In this document: in pieces, positions 1-8,976 of the stretch
Numbering within the stretch: position 1 is the first letter of the stretch
How the letters are laid out: the number at the start of each line of letters is the position of its first letter
Assembly (NCBI GenBank): GCA_965215195.1
Contig: CBDCDC010000001.1
Span: forward strand, 384,001-448,000
Direction of reading: 5' to 3'
Origin: Candidatus Latescibacterota bacterium
GTDB lineage: Bacteria > Latescibacterota > UBA2968 > UBA8231
DNA: 64,000 nt
Notes under the pieces: generated by a model
What the model saw: the letters and a program-made list of their open reading frames with translations, nothing else
What the model was told of the DNA's origin: nothing
Database searches by the model: none
Translations under genes and position numbers: made by a program

Positions 1-244
1 GGTGAGTAGGGTCGGCGTATGTGCGGTAAAACGAGGGCCCTTGCCCTGCCGTGCCATGACGATTGCGACCACAAAGCAGATTATCAGAAGCCATAAAAAA
101 ACTCCGTGACGCTGTCCGCCGTAAAACTACGTAGAAACGACTCAACTACTTGGCTCAACATAGAGTACTTTCGGGTTTTTCGTCCAAGCTGCTAAGGCAA
201 ATAATGACATCTACTTTATTCCTGTTTGTCAAGACAGAGCGGAC

Positions 245-286
245 AAGAAAAAAGCCCCCAAGGCCCAGCGGCCCCGGAGGCTTATT
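245..286 (-). terminator. Intrinsic terminator downstream of the TBDR-CTD-PorV operon
   Basis: Minus strand reads AAGCCTCCGGGGCC-gctg-GGCCTTGGGGGCTT followed by a T-run, about 25 bp after the stop at 311. Confidence 0.8.
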
Positions 287-310
287 CTCTCAGCGAATCG
301 CAACGCAGCG

Positions 311-1333
311 TCAGAAGCTGAACTGCAAAGAAAACTGATGCACGCTGTCGAGGATGCCAAACGAAGTGAAGGCATAATCGACCGTGGCCATACTCAATTC
401 GAGACCTAGCCCAGCCGTCAGGCCCTCCTCGCTGCGGCCGGCCGGAACGACCGCGCCGCTGACCTCATCGACTTTGTCGTCCTCTACGCCTTGGTAGTTG
501 AGCTTGTAGCCGGAGCGGAGGCTGAGCATGTCGAAAAGCTCCACCTCGGCCGCCGCGTACACGAGCTGCTCGGCGTCTTGCGGCTTGGTGGCGTCGGCGA
601 GCAAAGTAACCTTCATGCCGCTGTCTGGATCGTTGAGGACGGCGGCGGCCGCGCCAATGCTGAATATCAGCGGCAGCGGCGCACCAATGTCGTAAAACGT
701 CAGATCGCTGCCCAGATTGTTGATCCGAGCACCAATGGTGTACGTGGAATTGACGCGGTAGAGCGCCCCGAAATCAGCCGCGTACGCGGTGGCACTGACG
801 CCGTCGATGGTCTGGCTGACGATCTTGCCGGTCACCCCTAAATCGAGTTTGTCGGTAATGTTGCGCGCCCACGTCGCGCCCACAGCCAAATCTCGGTAGC
901 TGTACGTGCCCGAGGATTCGGTATCGTTGGGCACAAACGTTCCCGCATCGAGCACGAACTGCGGCACCACGTCGCGGTCGGCCGCAATGTCGCTCAACCC
1001 GAGCGTCACCACGCCAATGCCCAAGGTGCCCATGTCGCCCATGTCGCGTGCGAACCCAATGGCATCGTGCGACAAATCCGCGATCCACGAGTTGTGCGAC
1101 AGCAGCACTTGGCTTTCGCCGGTGCTCAGGGCCGCGCCGGCCGGGTTCCAGAACATCTGATGAACGTCGCCGGCCACGGTCGTATAGGCCGAGCCGAGCG
1201 CGACCGGCCTGGCCCCCACGCCGATCTTGAGAAACGCGGCACCAGTCAGGCCAGACTTGCGCACATCGGCGACCGTAGGTTGCGCCAGCAAGAGGGCCAA
1301 CCCCAGCACTGAAATGAGTTTCAACATTTTCAT
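311..1333 (-). CDS. PorV/PorQ-family (UPF0164-like) outer-membrane beta-barrel protein
   Basis: Signal peptide, the family motif FLKIGVGARPVALG...FWNPAG, and a C-terminal aromatic strand HQFSLQFSF. RBS GAGGAG upstream. Confidence 0.85.
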   Translation of the reverse strand: MKMLKLISVLGLALLLAQPTVADVRKSGLTGAAFLKIGVGARPVALGSAYTTVAGDVHQMFWNPAGAALSTGESQVLLSHNSWIADLSHDAIGFARDMGDMGTLGIGVVTLGLSDIAADRDVVPQFVLDAGTFVPNDTESSGTYSYRDLAVGATWARNITDKLDLGVTGKIVSQTIDGVSATAYAADFGALYRVNSTYTIGARINNLGSDLTFYDIGAPLPLIFSIGAAAAVLNDPDSGMKVTLLADATKPQDAEQLVYAAAEVELFDMLSLRSGYKLNYQGVEDDKVDEVSGAVVPAGRSEEGLTAGLGLELSMATVDYAFTSFGILDSVHQFSLQFSF

Positions 1334-1354
1334 TTTTAAGCTCCTCTGTTCGGT

Positions 1355-3871
1355 TCAGCGCAGAATGGCAAAGTGCCCGGTCTGCGCTCCGCCCGGGTAC
1401 TCGGCCACGTAGATGTACAGCCCGCTGGCTACTTCAATGCCGTCCTTGGAAAACATGTCCCAAAACAGCGTACCGTCGAACGGGTTGGTACTGTCGAAGT
1501 GGAGCACGTCGATGACCTGCCCGGCCACGTCGAAAATGGTAATCTTGGTGCTGGTCGGCAGGTTGATGAACAGCATCTTGTGCTCGGTGCCTGTATCGTG
1601 CAGTGCGCCCTTCTTGTATGGATTGGGCACCACGCGGATGGCGAGGTCGCCGCTTACGAGCTCGCCAGCATCGGCCAGCGGCGCTTTGAGGATGAAAGGC
1701 GCGCCAATCACCTTTTGCCCGGCTAGGTCGGCCGGAAAGAAGGAACTGGCAGTAGCGTAGTGATACGTGCCCTTCCACAGCCCGTCGCGGCCGTTGAAGT
1801 TGTGCCGATGCGTCTCCAGCGAGCTGAAGGGCTGGCCGTTGATCTCGCCCGACTCGTCATCATACGCAGCGACGTAGTAGTAATAGGTAAACCCAAAGGT
1901 CACCAAGTCGCTGTTATCGGCAAACTTGTACTTGAACACGTCGCTGTCCGGCCCGTCGTTGAGGTAGTTCCCCAACTCGCTGCGGGGCACGTGGGCGATC
2001 AGCCGATAAGGCCCCCACGCCGCTGGCTCCTGAGGTTTGTAGGCTCCAGAGCTAATGTTGGGATTGTTGTCGGCACCAAAGGCAGCCAGTTGCGCGTCCG
2101 TGGGATTAACCTCGGTCTGGTGGTGGTAGCGGTCGATGATGCGCAGACCAACGTCGAGCGAATTGACCCGTGGGAACAGCGTCGAGCGATAGACCTTGTA
2201 GCCGGCAAAATCATCTGCCGCTTCGGCGCTATCGTCCCACTTGACATCGACTTTGACATCCGTGTTGGGCGCGACTTCGATGTGGGGCGTCGGCGGTGGC
2301 GAGGGGGTCTCAAAGTTGTTGTCATAGGCCCACTGCGCCGTGCTGCGCGCAGCGCGTGCCCCTTGCAAGCGGAACCCCGCGTACTCTACGAGCACCAAGT
2401 TGATGGTCTCGCCCACCTCCAGCGAGAACGGGCCGATGCCCACCTGCAACATGCCGTCGAAGTTGTGGTCAATCGCATAGCCCTGCGTCCACGCCCAATC
2501 GGGCTGGTCGTCGAGGGAACGGCTCGGATCGACCTCCCAGTTTTGGATGAAGGTGTTGTTGTACTTCATGTCGCCCAAGGGCTGGCCGCGCTCGCCTTCC
2601 GGGCGCACGGCATTGATGAACGACAGCGGGTCGCCGGGGACGATGTCCGCGTGATCGGGATCAAACCAGTTGGGGTCGGGCACCAAGCTGCTCTCGTTCT
2701 GGATAGCGGCCCCTTTGTCCCAAGCGCGGCTGCCGTTCTGTTCGCCGTCGAAAAACGCGGCCATCGCATAGATGTGATTCTCGCGCGGGTTGCGGTAGCC
2801 GCCGTCGTCCTTGAGCACTGAGGTGAACCAACCGCGCTCACCATCCACGCCGACCGGATGGCTGTCGTAGATGGTGCGCTTGTCCTCGGCGCTGGCGCTG
2901 CTGCCGCTTTCTGGCAACGCGCCCTGTTTGGCGGCGATCCACTGCATCCCATTGTAGATGTCGTAGTAGTATCCCCGGCTGCGCATGGTAACGCCCAGCA
3001 GACGTGCGCCATCGGCCGACCAGCCGCTCGGCGAACCAAAGACCGGATGCGGCTCGCCGAGCGTACTCGGCGACGGGCCGGTAAAGATCACCGGCACATC
3101 CCAAGGCGCACCGCTGGCGTCGGGCGTGGCGTCGTACCCAGAGGTCGGGCCGGTAAACCACCCCGAAGAACCGCGACGGCCATTGTTGCGGTTGGTCATG
3201 GAATTGATCGGCTCGTTTTGCAGATGCAGGGTGAGCGCGTGAATGCGGTTGTCGGTCTTTTCGGCCGTGCCGTCGCCATCGGCGTCGAGCACGCCGGTGT
3301 TGGTCAATTCCAACTCGACCACGATGAAGTCGTTGAGATTGGCGTGGTTGGCGGCAAACTGCCGCATCCGCCAGCGCACATCCACCCCGAGGTTGGTCGG
3401 CATCGCGCCCTCGTAGCGCATTTCATTGCGGCCTTCGTCAACCCAGTAAGCACCCGGGCTGGTAAAGTTGCGCGCCGCATCGCCGGCCCCGGCCAAGTTA
3501 TTGGTGTAGAAGCCGTGCAAGTACTGCTTGGCCCGGGGCGCGTTGCTGTCTGTGGTGATATTGATCTCTTCGGGGCTGTATTCCATCATCTGCAAATCCT
3601 GGCCCCAAGGCAGGTGTAGATTCTCGCCGCCCGGATAGGTCTGGGTCGGCGTGGTCCATTGGCGATCCCAGTTGCCGACGCGGAAGAGGGTAAAGCGCGC
3701 GGTCGGATCGTCATCGGTTTCGCGATACCAAGAACCGGCGTTGCTGGGAAAGAAGGAATCCCACAGATCGCCAGCCGTGAACACGCCGCCCTCTTGCGCG
3801 GCAATCGTCCCGGCCGTGGCGAGCACCAATGCGGTCGCCAGCCGGGACGCAAATTTCATGCGTTTAATCAT
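1355..3871 (-). CDS. Large secreted protein with a C-terminal T9SS-type/FlgD-like sorting domain
   Basis: Start moved to ATG 3871 (AGGAGG RBS, signal peptide). FN3-like segment WDDSAE..FAGYKVYRS and C-terminal VVPNPY...WDMFSKDGIEVASGLYIY...FAILR. Confidence 0.8.
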   Translation of the reverse strand: MIKRMKFASRLATALVLATAGTIAAQEGGVFTAGDLWDSFFPSNAGSWYRETDDDPTARFTLFRVGNWDRQWTTPTQTYPGGENLHLPWGQDLQMMEYSPEEINITTDSNAPRAKQYLHGFYTNNLAGAGDAARNFTSPGAYWVDEGRNEMRYEGAMPTNLGVDVRWRMRQFAANHANLNDFIVVELELTNTGVLDADGDGTAEKTDNRIHALTLHLQNEPINSMTNRNNGRRGSSGWFTGPTSGYDATPDASGAPWDVPVIFTGPSPSTLGEPHPVFGSPSGWSADGARLLGVTMRSRGYYYDIYNGMQWIAAKQGALPESGSSASAEDKRTIYDSHPVGVDGERGWFTSVLKDDGGYRNPRENHIYAMAAFFDGEQNGSRAWDKGAAIQNESSLVPDPNWFDPDHADIVPGDPLSFINAVRPEGERGQPLGDMKYNNTFIQNWEVDPSRSLDDQPDWAWTQGYAIDHNFDGMLQVGIGPFSLEVGETINLVLVEYAGFRLQGARAARSTAQWAYDNNFETPSPPPTPHIEVAPNTDVKVDVKWDDSAEAADDFAGYKVYRSTLFPRVNSLDVGLRIIDRYHHQTEVNPTDAQLAAFGADNNPNISSGAYKPQEPAAWGPYRLIAHVPRSELGNYLNDGPDSDVFKYKFADNSDLVTFGFTYYYYVAAYDDESGEINGQPFSSLETHRHNFNGRDGLWKGTYHYATASSFFPADLAGQKVIGAPFILKAPLADAGELVSGDLAIRVVPNPYKKGALHDTGTEHKMLFINLPTSTKITIFDVAGQVIDVLHFDSTNPFDGTLFWDMFSKDGIEVASGLYIYVAEYPGGAQTGHFAILR

Positions 3872-3884
3872 CTTACTATTCCTC

Positions 3885-6881
3885 CTAGAAATCCACGGTG
3901 ACGCCAAAATTGGCCATGCGCGGGATGTCGTAAATCGCCTGACTCTGGCCGGTAAAGGCCCGGTTGAGGTCACCCGTCGGGTCTCCGTTTTCCTCCCAGT
4001 AGGAGGTGGAACGGATGTTGCGATTGTCCCACGTGAGGATATTCTCGCGGTCAAAGAGATTGCGCACCTCAAAGAAGGCCCCTAGCGACAAGCCGCCCAA
4101 CGCAAGGCCGCGGTGGAGCCGCAGGTCCGTGCGCATATTCCACGGAGCCTGCCGGGTCTCGCGCTCGCGCGGATCGTCCGTGGTGGCCGTCACATTGTAG
4201 TTGAAGCCACTCTCCGCCGTTGAGATCAAGGTCAAGCCAACCTCTGCTGGCAACTCGGCCAGCAGGGTAAAGGCGATGCGGTGGGCCCGGTCGTAGCCGG
4301 TGACCAGCGGATTGCCACCGCCGTTGACATTGGCCTCGTACGTGTTGAACTGCTCCTTGTTGGCCAGCGCCGTCTCCAAGGCTTGGGCATCGGTTGGCGC
4401 GTTGACTGAAAACGAGGTTTTGTCTGGGAAAGGCGTTGAGTTGTTGCCATTGCGCGACGCCTTGATATAGCTATACGCGTAGTTGACGCGACCATTGATC
4501 TTGCTCTGCGACCGGCGCTCCACGCCGAACTCAATGCCGCGGCTGTCCGCGTACCCGCCGCTGGTGTTGAGCGTGTAGTTGGCAAAGCCGGCGTCGGCCG
4601 GGCTGATAACGAACCCGAGCCGCCCGTAGTTTTCGATGTCGCGGTAATAGGCCGTAACGTCGAACAAGTACTCGGGCGCGAAGCTGTACTGCAGGCCCAT
4701 CTCGTACGCAGTGGCCGTCGTCGGATTTGCCTCGACATCCGGCAGGTTCGGCCACGCCGGGTTGGTGAGGCTGCCGTAGTCTTCATAGAGGAACGAAAAC
4801 GACGGCGTCGAGTAGAACTTGCCCCACGAGTAGTGCATGGCGGCCTGCTCGCTGATCGGATGCGAGATCCCCAGCCGCGGCTGCAAGTACCAGCGCGTTT
4901 CAACCGCCTCGCCGCGAATGGGGCTGCGGTAGGTGTGAGTCTGGCCGCCTTCATAGGTGTATTCGGCCTCTTCGGCCGGGCGGAAAAAGTCGGCGAGCTG
5001 CTCGGCGTCGGCGTTGAAGCTGTCGAGCCGCAAGCCGGCGTTGAGGATGATGCCCTCGTACTCAATTTTGTCCTGCACGTACAAGGCGAGCTCGCTCGGG
5101 CTGCGCTCGTATTCGGCAATCTCGTACGGCAGGTTGGAATAGCCCACCGTAATCTGCGTCCGCTGCATGAGCTTCGAGACCGAGTGGCTGCGGAACAGCA
5201 AGCCGGCCTTGAGCTGGTGGTGGTAGTTGTACTGATGGGTGATGTCGGCCTTGAGCTGCATCACGTCGCGATTGAGCTCCTCAAAGTAGAAGCCGGCCTG
5301 CGCCAAGCGGTACTGATTGTCGCCAAAGGGCAGGTCGAAGTTGCGCGAATTGCCGGGGTTGGTGGTAAAAAAGGTAAAGTTGCCGTCGGCGTCGGCCCCA
5401 GACCCATCAACGCCTAGGTACTTTTCCGACTCTTCGGCGCTGTCGATGAAGATGAAGTCGCCATCTTCGCTGGTCTCGACGATGCCGTCGCCGTTGTCGT
5501 CCGAGTAGCCGAATTTGCTCATGCGCGTAACCTGCGAGAGCTTGATCTCGTAGAAGGTGTTGTTAGAAAGCGAGTGGCTCATCCCCACATAGGCCATCGT
5601 CCCTAACTTCTTGTTGCCCAAGGCCCCCTCGGGGAAATAGGCGTAGCGACCGCTGAAGTTGCGGTTGACCCAACCTCCCAACTCGCCGCCATCGTCGATC
5701 ATCGCGTTGCCGGTCAGCTTGACATTCTGGCTGAGCCGATGCGTCAGCTTGAGCGAATAGCGCTGCGAGCGGTTGAGCGCATTGGGGAAGACCCCCTCGT
5801 CGTTGAGATAGCGCGTGGTCAGGTAGAAATTCGTGCGCGGCAACGGCAGCTTGCCCCCCAGTGAAAGCTCCATCTCGGTGGAGGGATTGTCGCCGTAGGT
5901 AACGTCCTCGGGGTCGAAAATGTAGTAATTCTCGGCCTTGGCCTTGTCGGCCTCGTCCTCGGAGGCCAGCAATTCGTCGCGCACCTGCTGGTAGCGGTCG
6001 AAATAGGTCGTATCGGAAAGAGAGCCGTCTTGGCGCTTTACCTGCCCCGCATAGACTTCGGGACCGGCATTCTTGTAGCCGCTAACACCGCGACGGACAA
6101 ACAGCCGTCCCTCTAACTCGTCGCCGCCTTCGCGCGTTACTACATTGACGATGCCAGCGCTAGCCGCATCGTACTCGGCGTTGAAGGTGCCGGCGATAAT
6201 GTCCAGCGACTGCACGTTGCTGGCGTTGACGCCGACCGCAGTGAACTCGCCGTCCGAGGTGCGATTGACATCCACGTAGGGATTCCAAGTGACCAAGCCT
6301 TCGCCGGCGCGGAAATACGTATCCGACACATCGATCCCATCAACGAGCACTTTGGCCTCGGCCTTGCGCCCGCCGCGAATGTAGCCGCGGAACACGCTCG
6401 GCGTCGTGTTGATCAAGTCCTGCAAGTCGGCCACCGGCATGGTGTTGTTGAGCTCGGCGCGGCCGATCGTCGCTCGGCTGGTCGTCAGGGAGCGCTCGAC
6501 CAGCGGCGCCTCGGCCACCACCGTTATGGCCTCGCCTTCAATCGCCTCGGTCGCCAGCGCGAAATCGACCGTCGTCGTCAGGTCCAAGCGGACCTCAATT
6601 TGGGTCTGGCGCACCGTTTGGTGCCCTATGTAACTAGCTTCGACCGAGTACGCGCCGGGCGGGATGTTGAGCAAAAAATAACGCCCCTTGTCGTCGGCCG
6701 TAGTGCCGACCCGTTCGCCACCCACTTCGGCGAACACATTGGCCCCGGGCAATGCCTGCCCGGAATCGTCTCGTACCACGCCGGCAATTTTGCCGTTGCC
6801 AGCGAACGCCGGCAGCGCGAGCAAGGCGCAAAACAGCGCCGCGCCTAGAGCCGCCGGCCACTTCCTCCTCTCCGTATGCAT
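3885..6881 (-). CDS. TonB-dependent receptor with an N-terminal carboxypeptidase-regulatory-like domain
   Basis: Start at ATG 6881 (AGGAGG RBS). Motifs GKIAGVV..LPGANV, plug GTFNAEY..SAGIVNVVTREG, barrel QPRLGISHPI and RNLFD, terminal GVTVDF. Confidence 0.92.
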   Translation of the reverse strand: MHTERRKWPAALGAALFCALLALPAFAGNGKIAGVVRDDSGQALPGANVFAEVGGERVGTTADDKGRYFLLNIPPGAYSVEASYIGHQTVRQTQIEVRLDLTTTVDFALATEAIEGEAITVVAEAPLVERSLTTSRATIGRAELNNTMPVADLQDLINTTPSVFRGYIRGGRKAEAKVLVDGIDVSDTYFRAGEGLVTWNPYVDVNRTSDGEFTAVGVNASNVQSLDIIAGTFNAEYDAASAGIVNVVTREGGDELEGRLFVRRGVSGYKNAGPEVYAGQVKRQDGSLSDTTYFDRYQQVRDELLASEDEADKAKAENYYIFDPEDVTYGDNPSTEMELSLGGKLPLPRTNFYLTTRYLNDEGVFPNALNRSQRYSLKLTHRLSQNVKLTGNAMIDDGGELGGWVNRNFSGRYAYFPEGALGNKKLGTMAYVGMSHSLSNNTFYEIKLSQVTRMSKFGYSDDNGDGIVETSEDGDFIFIDSAEESEKYLGVDGSGADADGNFTFFTTNPGNSRNFDLPFGDNQYRLAQAGFYFEELNRDVMQLKADITHQYNYHHQLKAGLLFRSHSVSKLMQRTQITVGYSNLPYEIAEYERSPSELALYVQDKIEYEGIILNAGLRLDSFNADAEQLADFFRPAEEAEYTYEGGQTHTYRSPIRGEAVETRWYLQPRLGISHPISEQAAMHYSWGKFYSTPSFSFLYEDYGSLTNPAWPNLPDVEANPTTATAYEMGLQYSFAPEYLFDVTAYYRDIENYGRLGFVISPADAGFANYTLNTSGGYADSRGIEFGVERRSQSKINGRVNYAYSYIKASRNGNNSTPFPDKTSFSVNAPTDAQALETALANKEQFNTYEANVNGGGNPLVTGYDRAHRIAFTLLAELPAEVGLTLISTAESGFNYNVTATTDDPRERETRQAPWNMRTDLRLHRGLALGGLSLGAFFEVRNLFDRENILTWDNRNIRSTSYWEENGDPTGDLNRAFTGQSQAIYDIPRMANFGVTVDF

Positions 6882-7053
6882 GAGTGCCCTCCTGTGGCGT
6901 GCTAGAGGTGGAGTAAAGCTAAATCTAGCGCATTTGCCGCAAACTTTGCACAAATGCGCCAGCGAAGTACCCAATAGAAGGAATTTGCGCCAACTCGTCA
7001 ATAGACACAAAGATCAGCCACTCAGGGCGGTTCGTCCCCGCAACTCGGCCCAC

Positions 7054-8148
7054 CTACCGCCCCTCCCGCCAAGCGACCAACGGATGCGCTCGCCGCTGCA
7101 TGGGAAATGCCACCCGCCCCCCGGTAATCTCGGCCTCGTACGCCCCCAAGATCATCTCCAAGGCCGCCACTGCGTCGGCCGCGCTCGACAGGGGCTCGCG
7201 GTCGGCTTCGGCCGCCTCGACCAAATCGGCGACCGCCAAGTCGTTGCCCGTGCTCAGGGATTCGTCCGCCACCTCGTCCAAGGGGACCCACTGCTGGCTC
7301 GCAGCGGCTGGATCAAACACCGGATGCGGATAGAGCATGGCCGGGCCGCTGCCGCCGCCGCGCAGCGCAATCGCGCCTTCGCTGCCCTCGATCTCCATGC
7401 CCATCCGCTGGCCGCCGCCCCCGGCGTATTGCCGCGAAGCAAAAAAGCCGGCCACCCCGCTCTCAAAGGCGAAGTAGCTGTTGATGCAATCGCCGGCGAC
7501 CGGCCCCACCGGCTCGGTCGCCTCGCGCACGTCTTCGACCTTGAGCGCACGGCCTTTGTGCGCGACGTGCGCCGTCATCCACGCCACGTCGCCGGCAAAC
7601 AGGCGCATCATATTGAACAAGTGCGTCCCCAACACGATCATGTCCTCGCCGCCGCCGCGCCGATCCTGTTTGCCGTGGGCGCGAATGGCCTGCACCGCGC
7701 CGATCCGCCCCTGCGCCAACACCTCCTTTACGTGCCGGATTCTCGGCAGATAGGCCCCCTGATGCGCCACCGCCACCTTGCGCCCGGTCGCCGCGGCCTT
7801 GGCCACAATCTGGTCCCCGTCGGCCAAGTTCCAAGTCATGGGCTTTTCGCAGTACACGTGCGCCCCCACCTCCAAACAGGCCAGCACCATCTCCAAGTGG
7901 CAATCGGTCCAGCGCGGCCCAACGGTCACTACTTCCGGCTGTTCGGCCTCTAGCATCTCGCGCCAGTCGGCGTACGCTCGGGGGGCGGCCAATTCCGCCT
8001 GCTTGACCCGCCGTTCCTCGGCGTCCTCGTCGGCGACGGCCACCACCTCAATGCGCGGGTGGTTCTTCAAGCCCAAGTGCAGCCCGTGTCCCCAATTGCC
8101 TTTTCCAGTCCGACCTATGGCCGCTGCCCGGTACATCTTGTCGCTCAT
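7054..8148 (-). CDS. Gfo/Idh/MocA family NAD(P)-dependent oxidoreductase
   Basis: Rossmann N-terminus, HVYCEKP and GTH motifs. Start at ATG 8148 with AGGAGG RBS. Confidence 0.9.
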   Translation of the reverse strand: MSDKMYRAAAIGRTGKGNWGHGLHLGLKNHPRIEVVAVADEDAEERRVKQAELAAPRAYADWREMLEAEQPEVVTVGPRWTDCHLEMVLACLEVGAHVYCEKPMTWNLADGDQIVAKAAATGRKVAVAHQGAYLPRIRHVKEVLAQGRIGAVQAIRAHGKQDRRGGGEDMIVLGTHLFNMMRLFAGDVAWMTAHVAHKGRALKVEDVREATEPVGPVAGDCINSYFAFESGVAGFFASRQYAGGGGQRMGMEIEGSEGAIALRGGGSGPAMLYPHPVFDPAAASQQWVPLDEVADESLSTGNDLAVADLVEAAEADREPLSSAADAVAALEMILGAYEAEITGGRVAFPMQRRAHPLVAWREGR

Positions 8149-8290
8149 GTCGAGCCTCCTTTGAGTTGGGTTTATCGAGGGTGATATATAGAAAATATCG
8201 TCGGGGTGCGTCAATCGCGGGGCGCGATGAGCGGCGGACTCTTGCACAGGTTATGTTCTAGTCGTAAATCCTGTATTGAAGAGGAAGAAC

Positions 8291-8965
8291 ATGGCCCTGT
8301 TAACCGATGAAGAATTATTGGAGACGCTCGAAACGCAATTGCCGGCCCTGCTCAAACAGCACCCAGAGCTGGAGCCTCGCGTCTATACGGCGTTCATCGA
8401 AGTGTTTGCCACCAAGAAGGAAGTGGCGGCGGTACTCTCTGAGTTACGCGCCTTTCGCAGCGAGTTTGGTCAGTTCCGCTCAGAGGTAAACGAGCGGTAA
8501 GATAGGACCGATAAGCTCGATTTGACGGCCGGGGAGTTAAACCAGCAGATGAGTGAGATAAAAGATAGGACCGACAAACTCGAACTGACGGTCGGGGGAT
8601 TCCAGCGGCGGGCGGGCAGGAAGCTCGAAGACATGGTTGCCGGGGCGTTGCGCTTTGGCCTGAAGCGGCAAGACGTGTCCGCAGACAACGTGCGGCTGCG
8701 CCAGAAGCTAGCGGATGTGGAGGGGGTGGTGGGCCCGGCCGGCCGAACCTACGAAGTCGATATTCTCATCGACAACAGCTCGCTGTTGGTCTTTGAGGTC
8801 AAGTCGGCCGCCTGTAAGGTTGAAGAGGTCGATCGGTTTGCCGACAAGGTGGAGTTGGTGCGGCGGCAGCATCCCGACAAAGCGGTCGAGGGGGCCCTCA
8901 TCAGCTTGGAACCGGCCGATACCGTAAAGGCGCGGTGTGCTGAATGGGGCATCCAAATCCTCTGA
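8291..8965 (+). pseudogene. Coiled-coil plus PD-(D/E)XK nuclease-like protein (DUF3782-like) interrupted by an in-frame TAA
   Basis: ORFs 8276-8500 and 8522-8965 are in the same frame, separated by TAA at 8498-8500. Heptad repeats lead to EVDILI...LVFEVKS. Confidence 0.7.
8501..8598 (+). repeat. Imperfect internal repeat with a 63-bp period (three heptads)
   Basis: GATAGGACCGATAAGCTCGATTTGACGGCCGGGG at 8501 versus GATAGGACCGACAAACTCGAACTGACGGTCGGGG at 8564. Confidence 0.8.
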
Positions 8966-8976
8966 GCCGCGGCTGT

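Noticed and set aside
1-94. Possible minus-strand gene start (GGAG-T7-ATG near 94)
   Set aside because: Only about 31 codons are visible, with no recognisable motif and an ambiguous frame.
3872-4072. N-terminal extensions given by the ORF track for many genes (for example 4072, 7010, 15787, 23360, 25329, 48543, 55340)
   Set aside because: They overlap upstream genes and lack an RBS. Downstream starts with an RBS, signal peptide or stop/start coupling fit better.
8498-8500. Selenocysteine/pyrrolysine or recoded stop in the nuclease gene
   Set aside because: The codon is TAA, not TGA or TAG. TAA is a normal stop elsewhere in the window, and a repeat-junction deletion explains it.
8501-8598. 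DGR template/variable repeat pair (also considered for 17311/17647)
   Set aside because: The mismatches are not adenine-specific, and no reverse transcriptase is present.
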